The notes under the pieces are model-generated. The model searched no databases. It saw only the letters and a list, made by a program, of their open reading frames with translations, and was not told the DNA's origin. Shown here one piece after another: positions 16,775 to 35,550 of a stretch of DNA of 64,000 nucleotides (position 1 is its first letter; each line of letters begins with the position of its first letter). Origin of the DNA: the human T2T-CHM13v2.0 reference genome, Homo sapiens. The stretch lies in the NCBI GenBank assembly GCA_009914755.4, contig CP068257.2, forward strand, positions 32,096,001-32,160,000, written 5' to 3'. A program made the translations under genes and the position numbers.

Positions 16775-18734
16775 GTAACTACCATATTTCCATAAATTTC
16801 TTAGAATTTTCATTACCAGGGATTCCCCACAGTTATGTTTATTGAGAAAAGCGTTTTTTGAGTATCACGACATTTTCAACTAAATGTTGGGATTGTCGTA
16901 TGTGGTTTAAAGTCAAGTCCCTAGAACCTCATGGTTAAGTTTCTTCTCCTCACCCATGAAAACACTTCTGTAGGACACCTTTAGAGTCTAATTAAGCCAT
17001 TACCTAAAGTCTTCTCCCCTAACCTACTCATTATCCCACACTGGATATTCCTGTTTCTCACCAGAGACCATACTGGGCAGTGGTGTGGGGAACAGGGAGT
17101 GGGCACCTGCCTGACTGATTGATTGGTTTTAGTGTGCATGTTGATGTTGATTTTTATTAATGGGAACTCTTCCCCACCAAACCGTTTTAAATAGTTGCGT
17201 ATCTTTTAAAAAACTACTTAGCAAAAGAAGGAAGTTCACCATTTCATTTTATTTACTTAGTTTCCTTTATAAAACCTGAAAGGTAGTACAAAAATAAAGC
17301 AACCAGAAGCCAGTTTCATTTATGAGCATAGATCCAAAAAAGTCAAAATCTTAGCAAATAGAATTTCACAATGTATGAAAAGAATACACAATGACCAACT
17401 TTATGCCAGAGGTGCAAGATTGGTTCAGAGTCGAAAAATTCTATCAACATTAGTCATTATTTCAGCAGATAAAAGGAAGAAGAAAACTTGTGATCGGATT
17501 GGTAATTACAGATTAGGCACCCGATGAAAAATACAGTAACCATTTCTAATAAGTAGAAAGGAAACTACTTAAATATGTGAGACTACTATCCATGAAAAGA
17601 GTCAAACTCTGTAAAATATTTGAAAAGGTTTATTCCAAGCCGAATATGAGTCACCAATGGCCTGTGACACAGCCCTCAGGAGATCCTGAGACCATTTGCC
17701 CAAGGTGGTTGGTATATAACATGGTTTTATACATTTTAGGGAGACATAAGACATCAATCAATATATGTAAAATGTACACTATTTCGGTCTGGAACAATGG
17801 GACAACTGGAAGCAGAGGCTTCCAGGTCATACGTGGATTCAAGAGTTTTTAATTGGCATTTCATTGAAAGAGTTATTATCCAAAGAGCTGGAATCAATAG
17901 AAGGGAATGTGTGGGTTATCATAAGTGGTTTTGGAGAACAAAGTTTTGTCATGCGGGTGAAGCCTCCCGGTAGTAGACTTCAGAGAAAATAGATGGTAAA
18001 TATTTCTTATCAGACTTTAAGAGCCTCCTTTATCAGTCTTAAGGCCTGTGTTGATGCTAATGCTGGTCAGCTGGGCCTGAATTCCAAAAGGGAGGAGGGT
18101 ATAATGAGGCATGTCTGACTTCCTCTTCCCATCTTGGCTTGAACTAGTTTTTCAGGTTAATTTTGAAATGCCCTTGGCTGAGATGAGGGGTCCATTCAGA
18201 TGGTGGGGGGCTCAAAATTTTGTTTTCAGTTTACATTACTTTCCAGAAATCACTACCAACTGTCATTCTAAACAATGAACTCTATTAAACTATTAGCTCT
18301 AGTAAATCTACTGTTTCATTTAAACTCAGAACTGAGCAAGAACGCATTCAGTAATGTCTTAGAAGGCAGTAAGACCAATAAAAAAGATTGGCCTAAATAT
18401 TGGAAAAGAAAGATAATGCTCATTTTTTTCTAGTTATGTGATTGTATACTTAGTACACCCAAGAGATTTTAGTTTTAAAACATTAATAAGAACTTGTAGG
18501 AGTCTGGTAGGATAGCTAAATACAGCCTAAATAATTTTTTAAAATAAAAAATGTTCTCTGTGCTTGAAATAAGCACCTAAAAATGGAAATGGGGGGAATG
18601 TTTCATCTAAAATCTGGCAAAAATGATAAAATTCTTCAGAATACATTTAGCAAGAAAAGCATATTATATGAAAAAAGTGATACAATTTTATTAAAGGAAA
18701 TAGTATATTTGAACAACCGGAAAGATTGTCTTTT

Positions 18735-18775
18735 CTTTGGTTGGGTAAACTATTGGTGCAAAAGCAATTGTGGTT
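18735..18775. mobile_element. Possible mariner-derived (MADE1/Hsmar1 TIR-like) fragment
   Basis: ttggtgcaaaagcaattgtggttt resembles the MADE1 terminus ttggtgcaaaagtaattgcggttt. Short; recalled from memory only. Confidence 0.3.
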
Positions 18776-19139
18776 TAATCAATTCTCCAAAAATCCCCTT
18801 CTAAGGCAGTTTTTGGATCCCAGTAGGGTTGTTTGTATAACAGATAAAATAATCTAAATGTTCATAGGAAAATAGACACCCATGAATAACCAAGGGGGAA
18901 AAAAAACCTTCCCAGACCTTCCCGGATCACAATATACCAGAGAGCCAGTGTGATCAAATCATTGTAATATTGACCTGGAAATTGTTCAGTCAGAACAGAT
19001 AGTCCAGAAATAGTTCTCACTTCATATGAACATTTGATACATGATAAAAATGTATATTAGTTCAGTGAGAAGAAGAGGGATTGATTAATAAATATTACTG
19101 GGAAAGCTAGGAATCCATGTAGAAGAAATGTGATTGGAC

Positions 19140-19620
19140 CCTGGAATAACTCCCCCACCCCTACCCATAATTATTGGTTTAAGGATTGAAATGAAATAAA
19201 ATAATACAATGTTAGAAAATCAAGGACTAACAACCTTCTAATCATATGATAAAAGAAATATTTTATATACAAAAATTTAGAATTTTTATGCCGTACATAT
19301 ACATAAATCAACAAATAATGAATTTTTAAAAGTCTTTCAGCAGTCAGCAGATAAACAGTTAATTTGTGATACACTATGAGCTCTTATAAACTAACAACAA
19401 AAAGACATGCAATATATAGAAAATTTGGCAAAGGATTTGAATAAGCAGTTCATAGAAGTGCAAATCCAAATGGCCACGAAATACAGAAAAATGATGCTCA
19501 GGTTCACAAGTAGTGAGAAGAATTCAGATTCTGAATTCTTTGCTGAAGGGCCCATGACTACAGGAGAATGGGGAACTCCTATCTGAGGCAAAAAGGTTTC
19601 TGCAACCACAGAGCTTTGTT
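19140..19620 (+). mobile_element. Ancient L1 (L1M-like) ORF2 3'-region fragment
   Basis: ...aaaatttggcaaaggatttgaataagcagttcatagaagtgcaaatccaaatggccacgaaatacagaaaaatgatgctcaggttcac... parallels the L1 ORF2 region aaaaatgggcaaaggatttgaatagacatttc...aaatggccaataagcacatgaaaagatgctcaacatc. Confidence 0.4.
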
Positions 19621-20823
19621 TCCTGCGTTATGATCCTTATTTTCTAAAATGTGCCAACTTTTACAATCTTGATCACTTTTAGAGATTTTTTTATCTTTGT
19701 CTTATGCCATACTTTTTATTGTGTTACATGTTTTCTTTCTTTGAGTTAATTCCAGCTATGCAGAATTGTTTTCTGTGTAACTTAATTTTCTTTTGTGAAC
19801 ACTGTCCGGATATGGCTCAGTCTAAAAGATCATGGTATTTTAATTGAACTGTCTTATTTAGATCTTTCAAATACATTTTTCATAATATTGGTTTAAAAAA
19901 ATCCTCATGCTTTTAATATCTGGATTAAAAGAAATAAAATCTGAATAAAACTTTTTTATGCAGAAGAGGTTAAGTCATGAATATGCACAGTTTTGATGAT
20001 ATAATGTAGTTTCCAGTTACAAGGACAAACTTTTGCTTACTTGATCTTAGCCAAAAGGCCGAGAAGCGATTCCTTTTGCTTACTCTTCTTTGAGAAAATA
20101 CTTTACATTAAAGCTCATTACAGTTTGCACTTGGACCGTGTATATTTGAGTACCATTTTCAAATAGCAGACACATTTTGTAAGCTAACTTACAAAATTGT
20201 TGAGTGATATGGGGCATGATTCTAAAGAAAAGTTAGTTTCAAGAGCTTTAGAGGTTTAGTAGCATTATAGTTGAGTAACCCTAGCATAGCATAAGTAGGT
20301 AGCATAGCATACTGTGTCATGTTCCCACATTGAGGTTTGTAGAGCTCTACAAAGAATGCAATCTAAGTATCTCTAGCAATATTAACATTCCGCTTCTAAA
20401 TCTTTTTCTTTTCTAATAGCTTTATTGTGAAAGAATTCACATAATAAAATTTACTCGTTTAAAGTATCTAATTCATTGGTTTTAGTTTATTCACAGAGTT
20501 GTGCGACAGTCACTATTAGCTAATTTTAGAATGTTTTCATCACTTCAGAAAGAAACCCCTTTTGATGTCTAAAGTACAAATCCTCACACTGAGGCTGAAA
20601 ATTACCTGCTAAAGTGGCAGAGTGAAAGATATTTTATGTTTATATAAAACTTGGCCAGTATTTACAGGCTATTCCCCATAGTTTGGTAAACAGTTATGTT
20701 TTCTGTTGTTGTCTCTAGGGGTAAGAGTGCTAATTATTTTGTTTTCGTGTTGGTGGGAGTGGTGGTTTTGGAAAGGTTCTTTTATGGTCACAGTTGTTCT
20801 CAGGCCATGCTGTTGGTTTGCAG

Positions 20824-20984
20824 GGCACTAGCTGACATGAATAATGATGGAAGAATGGATCAAGTGGAGTTTTCCATAGCTATGAAACTTATCAAACTGA
20901 AGCTACAAGGATATCAGCTACCCTCTGCACTTCCCCCTGTCATGAAACAGCAACCAGTTGCTATTTCTAGCGCACCAGCATTTG
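20824..20984 (+). CDS. ITSN1: ITSN1 coding exon (161 nt): (W)[53 protein letters not shown](G); EH1 EF-hand-like loop DMNNDGRMD
   Basis: Acceptor ggtttgcag|GGCAC. Donor TTTG|gtaagt. Lies inside ORF-track entry 20696..21031, which overextends into intron. Confidence 0.92.
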
Positions 20985-21487
20985 GTAAGTCTGAAAATGA
21001 ATTGGTTTCTGTATTTTCTTGTATATTTTAAAAATAAATGTTTTCCTTTTTTTCCCTCTCGGTTTATAACATTATGAAATTCTAGGAGGTAATTCTGTCT
21101 GAAAAATGATGGCCCCCTGCAGGAAGATAGTGCTGGGGAGAAGAAGGAGCATGTTCACATTTGAACCCTGGGATGTAAAGTAATCAAAATGAAAGCAGAG
21201 ATGCAGGCCGCCAGTCAGGGGAAAAGGAAGAAACTTACAGTCCGCTGCTGCAGCTTCTGGGTTTTTTTTTTTTTTTCTCTTCCATTATCCTTCAGGTTGT
21301 TGCATACTTCCTTTTGATTTTCGGTTTCCATAATGTCTGTTTCTCCTTGTGCATAAACAATTCCTTTGGATTATGGCATCTAGAAATATATATATTTTGA
21401 ATCACAGTACTGAGTCACTTGGCCACATTAAATTCTTTCTTAGAACAAAATGGAATAGAGAAAAAATAAACATTGTTATCCTGATTA

Positions 21488-21785
<298 letters not shown>

Positions 21786-22482
21786 TGATTCCATAAAAAA
21801 TTATCTTTCAACCAGGTATTTTTCTTATAAGCTAATTGATTAATTAGTTGACTGAGATCAGTAGTTCTGATTTCTGTTCTCATTCTAGACTTTAGGTTAA
21901 TTTGAAGATCACAGTAATAAAATCTAACATCTGATTCATGGGGAGGTTCTTTAACAGTTTAAAACAAAACATGAAAATTGTGGCTAGAGTTTCTTTTCAT
22001 CTCTTCATCCTCAGATAGCTGATGATAGGTGATAAAGTGAAATAGATTTCGGAGGGGGCAGTCAACAGTAATTCAGGGTGTCTCTGATATAATTAATGAT
22101 AAGCTAAGATACAGAAATACTCTGGTTTTACTTACTAGGTTTCCTATTAAAAACAATGTATTGCCTTTCTTTTAGTAAGTTTTAGCCACAAGGCTGGTTT
22201 TTGTAAGGGGAAAGGTTTTGGAAGATTTTTAGGCAAATAGGATAGTGGTCCAAGAAAAGAAAGAAAAATCCATATATGAGCAAAGGCGAGGAAGAGCAGA
22301 AGTGAACACTGCAGCAGCCTCCACATGACTGGGGCCGTTGTTTGTCTTGTCCAGTGTGTGCTCACAATGTTTAGCCTTTAGTTAACCAGCTAATTTAAGT
22401 GGAACTTGCTCTGAATCCCTGAAGATCTCTGTAGCCAATCTTTGGTCAGGACCCAGGCGTTAAAATAATTCAAGGGTGTTTG

Positions 22483-22786
22483 GGGTCGAACACAGTGGCT
22501 CATGCCTGTAATCCTAATGCTTTGGGAGGCCAAAGCAGGAGGATTGCTTGGTCCCAGGTGTTGGAGACCAGCCTGGCAACATAACAAGGCCTCGTTGCTA
22601 CTGAAAATTTAAAAATTAACCAGGCATAGTGGTGGGTGCCTATAGTCCCAGCCACTTGGGAAGCTGAGACAAGAGGATCACTTGAGCACAAGAGGTCAAG
22701 CCTGCAGTGAGCCAAGATCACACTACTGCACCCCAGCCTGGGTGACAAAGTGATACCCTGTCTTAAAAAACAAAAACAAAAAACAA
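22483..22786 (+). mobile_element. AluJ-like (diverged), sense
   Basis: ggggtcgaacacagtggctcatgcctgtaatcctaatgctttgggaggccaaagcaggaggattgcttggtcccaggtgttggagaccagcctggcaacataacaaggcc...cctgggtgacaaagtgataccctgtcttaaaaaacaaaaac. Confidence 0.8.
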
Positions 22787-23339
22787 CGGTATTTGGTTTT
22801 CTTTTGGCTTTCTTCCAATGCTACAAGAAGAAATCTCATAGTGGAGAAAAGGTCAAATGACTAGAGGCACCCCATTTCTCCTTTTTCTCTCAAACCTGGG
22901 GTCAATAATTTTTCCTGTACCATTTAATTCATTTTCTCTTATTCCATTCTGCCATCAGAATTTCAGTTGTGGAGCTATTGCTGATTTAGTTTCAGGAGGT
23001 TGTGACCTTACTGCTGAGAAAGTTTTACAGTCGTTAAGTAACCTGCTACTGTTAAACCTGCCAGGATTTCTGACCTAATACTCTGCCAGGCAGCCCATCA
23101 CTCTTCCCCCCAGACTTCTCCCTGTCTTTCCTCACCACATTGATGTTCTCAGTAAATGATTTTGATGAGGCTAAACCATGAAGGATATCAGAACATAGGA
23201 GAAGTTACCAGTATATGATCTTGATCAAGTTTACTTAAGTATTTTCTAGTTCTACCTCTCAGCTCAATCTAGGGTAAAATACATATATATATTTTATAGT
23301 TTGTTGAGCCACTTGAGAATAAAATAATTTATTACTATT

Positions 23340-23652
<313 letters not shown>

Positions 23653-23680
23653 TGCTTTCTAATTAATATTGAAAATTATT

Positions 23681-23988
23681 GGTTAGGTGTGGTGGCTCAT
23701 ACCTGTAATCTCAGCACTTTGGGAGGCCGAGGTGGGCAGATCGCTTGCGCTCAGGAGTTTGAGACCAACCTGGGCAACATGGCAAAACCCCATCTCTACA
23801 AAAAATACAAAAATTAGCTGGGTATGGTGGTGTGTGCCTGTAGTCCTAACTGCTTGGGAGGCTGAGGCAAGGGGATGGCTTGAGCCCAGGAGGTGGAGGT
23901 TGCAGTGAGCCAAGGGAGATCGTGCCACTGCACTCCAGCCTGGGTGACAGAGCCAGACCCTATCTCAAAAAACAAAACAAAACAAAAA
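23681..23988 (+). mobile_element. Alu, sense; only ~29 bp downstream of the preceding antisense Alu
   Basis: ggttaggtgtggtggctcatacctgtaatctcagcactttgggaggccgaggtgggcagatcgcttgcgctcaggagtttgagaccaacctgggcaacatggcaaaaccc...cctgggtgacagagccagaccctatctcaaaaaacaaaacaaaacaaaaa. Confidence 0.85.
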
Positions 23989-24112
23989 TCTGACTCTGCA
24001 TTTCCTTGCCCTTATATATAGTATGTGCCTTCACATATAATATTTGATCACAATGATAACCCTAAAAAGTATGCAGACTGTATTAGCCCTGTTATATAAA
24101 TGAGGGAACTGA

Positions 24113-24477
<365 letters not shown>

Positions 24478-24533
24478 ATGGCTTTAGGTTTTTTAAAATT
24501 ACCTTCTCCGTGCCTTCATTATCACCAAACTAA

Positions 24534-24873
<340 letters not shown>

Positions 24874-25329
24874 TCAGATATTTTTTAATGTAGTTGTTAA
24901 CACACTATAGAATTAAGGCTCAGACTGGAGTCTGAACAATGATTTTGTTCAACTCCCCTACAGAGAAGAGAGAAAAATGGGGTGCAGTGATACTGTGACT
25001 TGCCTTAGAGCACCCTGAAAATAGAATTTTCTATTGTAGGAAATTCTATGGGTAGACTTGGTACCTTCTTTCACCAGTGTGCACTCAGCATAATTCTTTT
25101 GTTCTGGACCCAGCTTATACAGGAGGAGTCTGTTTTTCTTTTGCTTGGTTTTTGTTTTGCCAGAGTACATGGTTTTATTGGATTAAACCAGTGTTTTGTA
25201 AGCCCCTACTGTGTGTCCTAGTTGCTGGGAACATGCTGGCCAGCAAGACCTCATGGCTCCTACCACTGTGGATCTTATTTTCAAATTGTGGGGAGCAAGG
25301 AAATAAATACTTTTAGGTGAGAATAAGTG

Positions 25330-26460
25330 CAATAAGTTCATTAAAACAGAGTAATAGTAGAGAGACAGAGAGAGAGAAACCAGTAGAACAAGATGGCCAG
25401 GGAAGAATTCTTTGAGCAGATGACTTTTGGAACTGATGTAGATGATGAGAGCCATGTGAAGACCTAGGGGAGAGGCCTTCCAGGCTAAAGGAACTGCACT
25501 GGCAAAAGTCCTAAGGCAAAAACTAGCTTGGGGTTTGGAAGGTGTGCGAGGGGCGTCGTAGCTGAAGCATGGGGAGACCATAAGGAAAAGCAAGCAAACA
25601 ACAGATTAAGCAGAAGAGTGACGTGGTTGATAGACTTATCTGTGTTATCTGAAGACTGGAATGTAGGGGACAAGAATGGAATCCTGGAGATCAGTTAGGA
25701 GGCTTTTGCCACGGGCAAGAGGCAATGGTGATTTATATCTGGTGGTGATAATCAATGTGGAGGACAGATTAGATTCATTCTAGCCTGTATTTTGGGAAAA
25801 AAGTAAAAAGGACTTGTCAGTAGATTGGAAATAAGAAATGAAAAAGGAGTATTAAGGCTTTTCACATGAATAACTAGATGGATGGTATAAGTGTATACTG
25901 AGATGGGGATAACAGGAAGAGGAATGGTTTTAAAGGAGAAATTAAGAGTTTTGGTGATTTTGAGAGTCCTAGTAGATTTCCGAGTTGGGATGTTAAGGAG
26001 ACAGGGATGACTACGTTTGACTGAAGCTCAGAGGAAGGATCGATCAGCTCTGGGGCAGTTTGGATATGGAGAGCATGTCTTAGGGGCAAGCTTAGCTATA
26101 AGGAGTACAGTGTAGACCCAAGCCTTGATGTGATGTGACATTTAAAGGTCAGGCAAAAGAGGAGAAGCCAGAAACTGAGGCTGACAAAAGTGAAATGGCA
26201 GAAGATTGGTGTCCTGCTACCAAGAAAAAGTGTTTCAAGAAGGAGGGAATGCTCCATTGTTTGAGCTGCTTTTGAGAGATGGAGTAAGAATATGGCAGAA
26301 CAGTGCTGATTAGATTTGATGTGATGAGCTTTTGAGTGACCTTGACAAGCAGTTTCAGTATAGTGATAGGGACAAAATCCTGATTGGAGGCTTGGAAGAG
26401 GGGAGAGAATTTCAAGAATTAAGACTTACACAGGAAGAGGTGATGGCAGCCAGAATACGG
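25330..26460 (+). repeat. Probable ancient interspersed-repeat relic (L2-like 3'-region)
   Basis: ggagatcagttaggaggcttttgcc...ggtgat...gagatggggataacaggaagaggaatggttt...tttgactgaagctcagaggaaggatc...ggatatggagagcatg parallels the L2 3'-region consensus (gaccagttaggaggctattgcagtag...gagatggggaacacaggaggagga...tgagtttgaggtgcc...). Recalled from memory; diverged. Confidence 0.35.
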
Positions 26461-26563
26461 CTTCTGGTAGATGTATTTATTTAGAAAGTCATTCATTCAG
26501 AAAAGGTAGTCAGTTGTCAAAAGGATGATAGTCTTTTTGCAGTGGCTATTTAAAGCACAGTAG

Positions 26564-26685
26564 GCCAGGCACGGTGGCTCATGCCTGTAATCGCAGCACT
26601 TTGGGAGGCCAAGGCTGGAGGATTGCTTGAGGCTCCTAGTTCAGGACCAGCCTGGGCAACATAGTGAGATCCTATTTATATTTTT
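26564..26685 (+). mobile_element. Free left Alu monomer (FLAM-like), sense; followed by (TAGA)n
   Basis: ggccaggcacggtggctcatgcctgtaatcgcagcactttgggaggccaaggctggaggattgcttgaggctcctagttcaggaccagcctgggcaacatagtgagatcc. Confidence 0.75.
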
Positions 26686-26694
26686 TTAATGTAA

Positions 26695-26716
26695 GTAGAT
26701 AGATAGATAGATAGCT
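26695..26716. repeat. (TAGA)5 microsatellite
   Basis: gtagatagatagatagatagc read directly. Confidence 0.8.
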
Positions 26717-27390
26717 AATAAATTTTTCCTTTTCTGTAAAATGGAAAAATTATTATGTAAGAGAAGATTTCTAACAAATTTGGAAGCTTAAAAGATGCTT
26801 TTACCAGTCTGATGATTAAACAGTATTTTTAAACTTGGCCTTTTCCTCAGTGTCTTTTTGAGGTTAGCCTCCTTTTAGGTTAGGGGTCTGCAGCACAGAT
26901 GGGGTACGTGTCTTGAAGGTTAACTGGTTGCGCAGTATGCTGTGTCAAGCCTTTTGAAAGTCTGAATGATGGCTCATGAAAACTTTTGGTTTGTTTCCAT
27001 CTATTTTTATTTGTTGCTTGAGTAGATTGACATTCTTACTTAAGCAAAAACCAGGATTTGGAGTATAATTCAGTATAGTTATCAAAAGAACCAAATTTTT
27101 AAAAAGAAAAACACATTAAAAATATAGTTATCAAATAATCTTAGAAAATTTTGGAATTCTAAAACTGACAAGGTAAACCTGATACATGTTGCTATGTGTG
27201 GATATGTAAAGTTAATCTGATTCCAAATGAGATGTGTGGTAATGTGCTTGATAGTGTGCACGTGAACTGTAAACCAGTCATCTAGATGACTATAATTATA
27301 AACTTACTCAGTAAAGCCCAAGTTAGAATTTTTTTCTTCTCTTTGTTGGATTTTCAGTGTCTATAAACATTGTTTTTAAAAATGAAAATA

Positions 27391-27778
<388 letters not shown>

Positions 27779-27807
27779 TTACTATTAATTCTGTTACCCA
27801 GTGATGA

Positions 27808-28171
<364 letters not shown>

Positions 28172-28399
28172 TAGTAAAAAGAAATACAAACAAAACAGAA
28201 TTGTGTACATTTGTAACAGTGCAGGAGGAAGAGGGAAGAATTAGGGTACCTGGTGCACTTGAAACAGGAGAACCCCAAAATAGCTAACAGGTATTTGCAA
28301 GAAAGTTCAACCAGGCTGAGAGCAGCAATAGAAATAGGAAAGGGTTATGCTCTCTGCAGTACTGAGTGAGTACAAAGGATCTGAGAGATTTGGAGCAGT

Positions 28400-30180
<1,781 letters not shown>

Positions 30181-32339
30181 TGAAAGTATTAATATGAACT
30201 CAGAAGGCGTCTCTCACCACACCCCCCATTCTCTTCATCTATCCATCTATTTGTCTCCTAGTTCTGTTCACTGAAAAGACTAGATACAATCATCTACCCC
30301 AGCAGCACTGAGCATCCTTAGCGTCCAGATTGTGAACTTGAAATATCATTTCTCACCAAAAGAAACCAGAGTTTCTTGGAGAAATGGCTGAATCCAGGTC
30401 TAGATATGAAATGTGAAGAGCTTGAAGGACCCATCTTGTAATACTGGTCAGCAAGGAAGTTATCAAAGCATAGTAGGAGGATATCAGAAATTCTCAGAAG
30501 CCAACCCGAAGAGGCTTACATTGGCCAAAGAGAGGACAGTTTGAACTTCAAGAATGATAATGTGCCATGAATTAAAACTCAATAAATATTTGTAAATTTA
30601 TGACTCAATAATGATTTAATAATGTATTTAACAAGAATAATTTACCTTAAGAAGATCCTAAGAAACCAGTTCATTACCTTGAAAACAGGTAAAGGGAAAG
30701 AATCAGGCATTTATTATGCCTTTTGTATATGAGCTGTACAACTGGATAGCCAACTAGTATATCCTCATTAGAAGCACCTCTTTATAAAATTATTACAGCT
30801 AATAAATGACAAAGACATAGTAGGATTAGAACATCACTATTTTCAACTCCCCATAAATGAATAAATATAGGCGTTAAGCATCAATGACTGCCAAGATCAC
30901 AAAAAGACAGCTACATTTTGTGTGTTTCCTGTAGTCTTGCCAAAGAGATCCACCGTCAGCTTGATCCATTCTTTGGATGTAGCTGCGTATTTGCAGGAAA
31001 TACAGAATATAGAGGGAAATGTTGAACCGCACCATGAGAATGCAATCAGCAAAATCCAGACTGGGAAACTCCACAGGTCACATGGCCTGGGTCTTTCAAC
31101 AGAAAAGAAAATGAAAAGGATGGAGAGGGGACTGTGGATTAAAGGAAACCTAAAAGACATTTCAGCAGTGAGATTTCCGACCATGCCTGAGTTGAGATGA
31201 GCAAATTCTTCCCTCAAGGGCAGAATTGACAGAATAACCATTTCAGTGCTCTGGAAATTAACCAAAGGTATATAACATCTGAGAATCATTTATGCCTGAA
31301 AAGCTGCTGAGCTTCAGATATGAAGCAGAAGTCTGTTGCATTCTTTCCTGGGCATTTTCCTATCCCCCAACACTTCAGCTTGGTAATGTGGAGGGACAGG
31401 TTGTAAATATTAGCAGTCTTAACTGCTGTCACTGAAGGGGGCTTACTTGCTTTGGGAGTGGGAAGTCATGCCTGTGCCCAGCAGCTTTGTCAGTGGAAAT
31501 GACAATTCTGGCCACAGAAGAGCAGGTATGACCAGCCACTCTATTATCCTGAACTCGTGGTCATGGCCAGGGCAAGTATATTCTTGGCTGAGGCTATGCA
31601 CATGTGTCGCGGAGACCAGGGTGGGCCCGAGTCAGCTGCAAACTCCTGACTAGCCCTCAAACTGCATGCACGTATAGAGAATATGCAGAAAGGCCCTGTG
31701 AAATGTTAAAGTTGAGGAAGACTTTAAAATGGTCTGAACTTTGAATGCATTTTTGTGCTGACAGATTGTCAGAGAAAGGAAGCCTTACTGACTTGAGGTG
31801 TTTGAGCACAACTTCCGTCCCATCATTGGCTGACTACTGTGCTACAAAGATGCAGGTGCAATCCGTAAAAAGCCAGGCTTAAAGATAAAAACGAATTTTT
31901 TAAAAACCCAACTGAGCAGAACCATCAGGGGCTGCACAACAAGGGAAGACAGATTTTTCTGAATTAGCCTATGCCGGTTACTAAATAAAGATAGAAACAA
32001 CAACCTTCAGGGGGAAAATCAGAGCCAGAGTAGCTACAATGTATTATCTGAATGTCCATTTTCACCTAAATTTGAGACATTAAAAAATAACAGGAAAGTA
32101 TTGTCTCACCCTCAAGAAAAGAGGCAGTCAGTAGGAACTATCTCTGATCCAGCTGTTGGATTCATTTAGCAGACAAAGGCTTCAAAGCAGCAATTACGTT
32201 CAAAGAACTGAAGAACTAAAGGAAAACGTGGAAATGAATCAACAGACAGACACTCTCCAAAAAACAATAGAAATTACAAAAAAGAGGAAAATTGAAATTC
32301 TAGAAAAGTATGACAATTGATGTGAAAAGTTCAATAACT

Positions 32340-32648
<309 letters not shown>

Positions 32649-32651
32649 CTA

Positions 32652-32966
<315 letters not shown>

Positions 32967-33961
32967 CTAAAATGAAAAATTTACCACAGGGTCTTAATAG
33001 CAGATTCAAGATAGCAGAAGACAGAGTCAGTGAAGTTGAAGATTAATCAATAGAAATTATTCAATCTGAAGAATATGGAACAAAAAGATTGAAAAAAAAT
33101 AACAAAGTTTCAGAGACTTATGGAACAAGACCAAGTTTACCAATATGTGTGTCATGGGAGTCTTAGAAGGAGGATCATGAGAGAAAGGTACAGAAAAATA
33201 TTTGAAGAATAAAAGCCAAACACTTGCCAAATTTGGTGAAAAGCAATAGTCTACACAATCAAAAGCTCAACACACCTCAAGTAGGGTAAATACAAAGAGA
33301 TCTACACCCAGACACATCATAGTTAACCTACGGAAGCCAAACACAGAGATAAAACCTTGAAAGCAGCAAGAGAAAAGCAACTCATCATGGATAGGGGAGC
33401 ATAGATATAAATAACAGCAGACTTGTAATTGAAAACAATGGAGGTTAGAAGGCAGTGGAATATTCAAAATGCCGCAAGAAAAAATTCAACCCAAAATTCT
33501 ATATTCAGCAAAACTATCATTTAAAAATGAAGGTGAAATAATGACTTTTTCAAATAAACAAAGACTGAGAGAATTCATTGCTACTAGACCTACCTTAGAA
33601 GAAATACTAAATGAAGACTTTCAGGATGAAATGAAATGACAAAAGGTGGTAACTTTAATATATGGAAAGAAATGAAGAGCATCAAAAATGGTAAATATGT
33701 AGGTTAATTTAGAAGACCACATAAATCTATTTTTCTTCTTTTCTCTCAAGTTTAAAAGATATAAGATTGTATAAAGTAATAATTATAACTCTATTATTGG
33801 GCTTATAACATATTATAATGTATGTGACAGTAATAGCACAGAAGAGGAGAAAGGGAATTGAGCTATATTTGTGTAAAGTTTCTATATTCTGCCATTAGAA
33901 GTTGATTATGATAAATTAATTTGGAGATTTTAATCCCTACAACAACCACATAGAAAATTAC

Positions 33962-34250
33962 TTTTGGATGCATACAGTGGCTCAGCCCTGTAATCCCAGC
34001 ACCGTGAGAGGCTTGAGGCCAGGAGTTTGAGACCAGACTGAGTAACATAGCAAGACCCTGTCTCTACAAAAAAATAAAAACTTAGCTGCATTTGGTGGTG
34101 CGTGTCTATAGTCCCAGCTACTTGGAGGCTGAGGCAAAAGAATCCCCTGAGCCCAGGAGTTCAAGGTTACAGTGAGCTGTGATCACGTGACTGTACTTCA
34201 GCCTGGGTGAGAGTGAGACCTTATCTCTAATAATAAAAGAAAAAAAAGAA
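33962..34250 (+). mobile_element. AluJ-like, sense; truncates the L1 fragment
   Basis: cagtggctcagccctgtaatcccagcaccgtgagaggcttgaggccaggagtttgagaccagactgagtaacatagcaagaccctgtctctacaaaaaaataaaaacttagctgc...cctgggtgagagtgagaccttatctctaataataaaagaaaaaaaa. Confidence 0.8.
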
Positions 34251-34339
34251 AATTTTAATTACTATTATTATGTAATAATACTCTTTTCAGTTAGCTCTCT
34301 CAGGTTGAAAAGAAAATTTACTTTTAAAAAATAGTAAAG

Positions 34340-34650
<311 letters not shown>

Positions 34651-34769
34651 AACAAAAATATTTAAAAAAAATCAATAGGGGGCATTTAAACACTAAAATT
34701 TATTTACTCCACATGAAAGAAGGTATTAAAGTTGGGACAGAGAAATAAAAAAGAAGGTAAGCTTTTTTA

Positions 34770-35070
34770 CTTTTTTTTTTTTTTTTGAGACAAGGATCTC
34801 ACTGTATTGCCCAGGCTGGAGTACTGCGGTGTGATTGTGGCTCACTGTAGCCTCAACCTCTTCGGCATAAGTGATCCTCCCACCTCAGCCTTCCATGTAG
34901 CTAGGCCTACAGGCGGGTACCACCATGCCTGGCTAATTTTTAAAATTTTTTGTAGAGATGGGATTTTGCTATGTTGCCCTGTCTGGTTTTGGACTCCTGC
35001 CCTCAAGAGATCTTCCTGCCTTGGCCTTCCAAAGTAGTGAGTTTACAGGCATAAGCCACTGTGCCCAGCT
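34770..35070 (-). mobile_element. AluJ-like, antisense
   Basis: poly(T)16 gagacaaggatctcactgtattgcccaggctggagtactgcggtgtgattgtggctcactgtagcctcaacctc...caaagtagtgagtttacaggcataagccactgtgcccagc. Confidence 0.8.
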
Positions 35071-35113
35071 GGAAACATTTATTTTTGTTTTATCATTTCT
35101 TCTTTATTGGTTA

Positions 35114-35550
<437 letters not shown>

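Noticed and set aside
17560-18200. Intronic stretch with repeat-like texture (tgagtcaccaatggcctgtgacacagccctcaggagatcctgagacc...)
   Set aside because: I suspected an LTR or DNA-transposon relic but could not match it to any consensus from memory. Left unannotated instead of guessing a family.
30897-31289. 130-aa - strand and 92-aa + strand ORFs around 30900-31290
   Set aside because: The neighbouring region (to ~31890) may be old L1 5' sequence. There are no conserved motifs and no support for a gene. Treated as chance ORFs.
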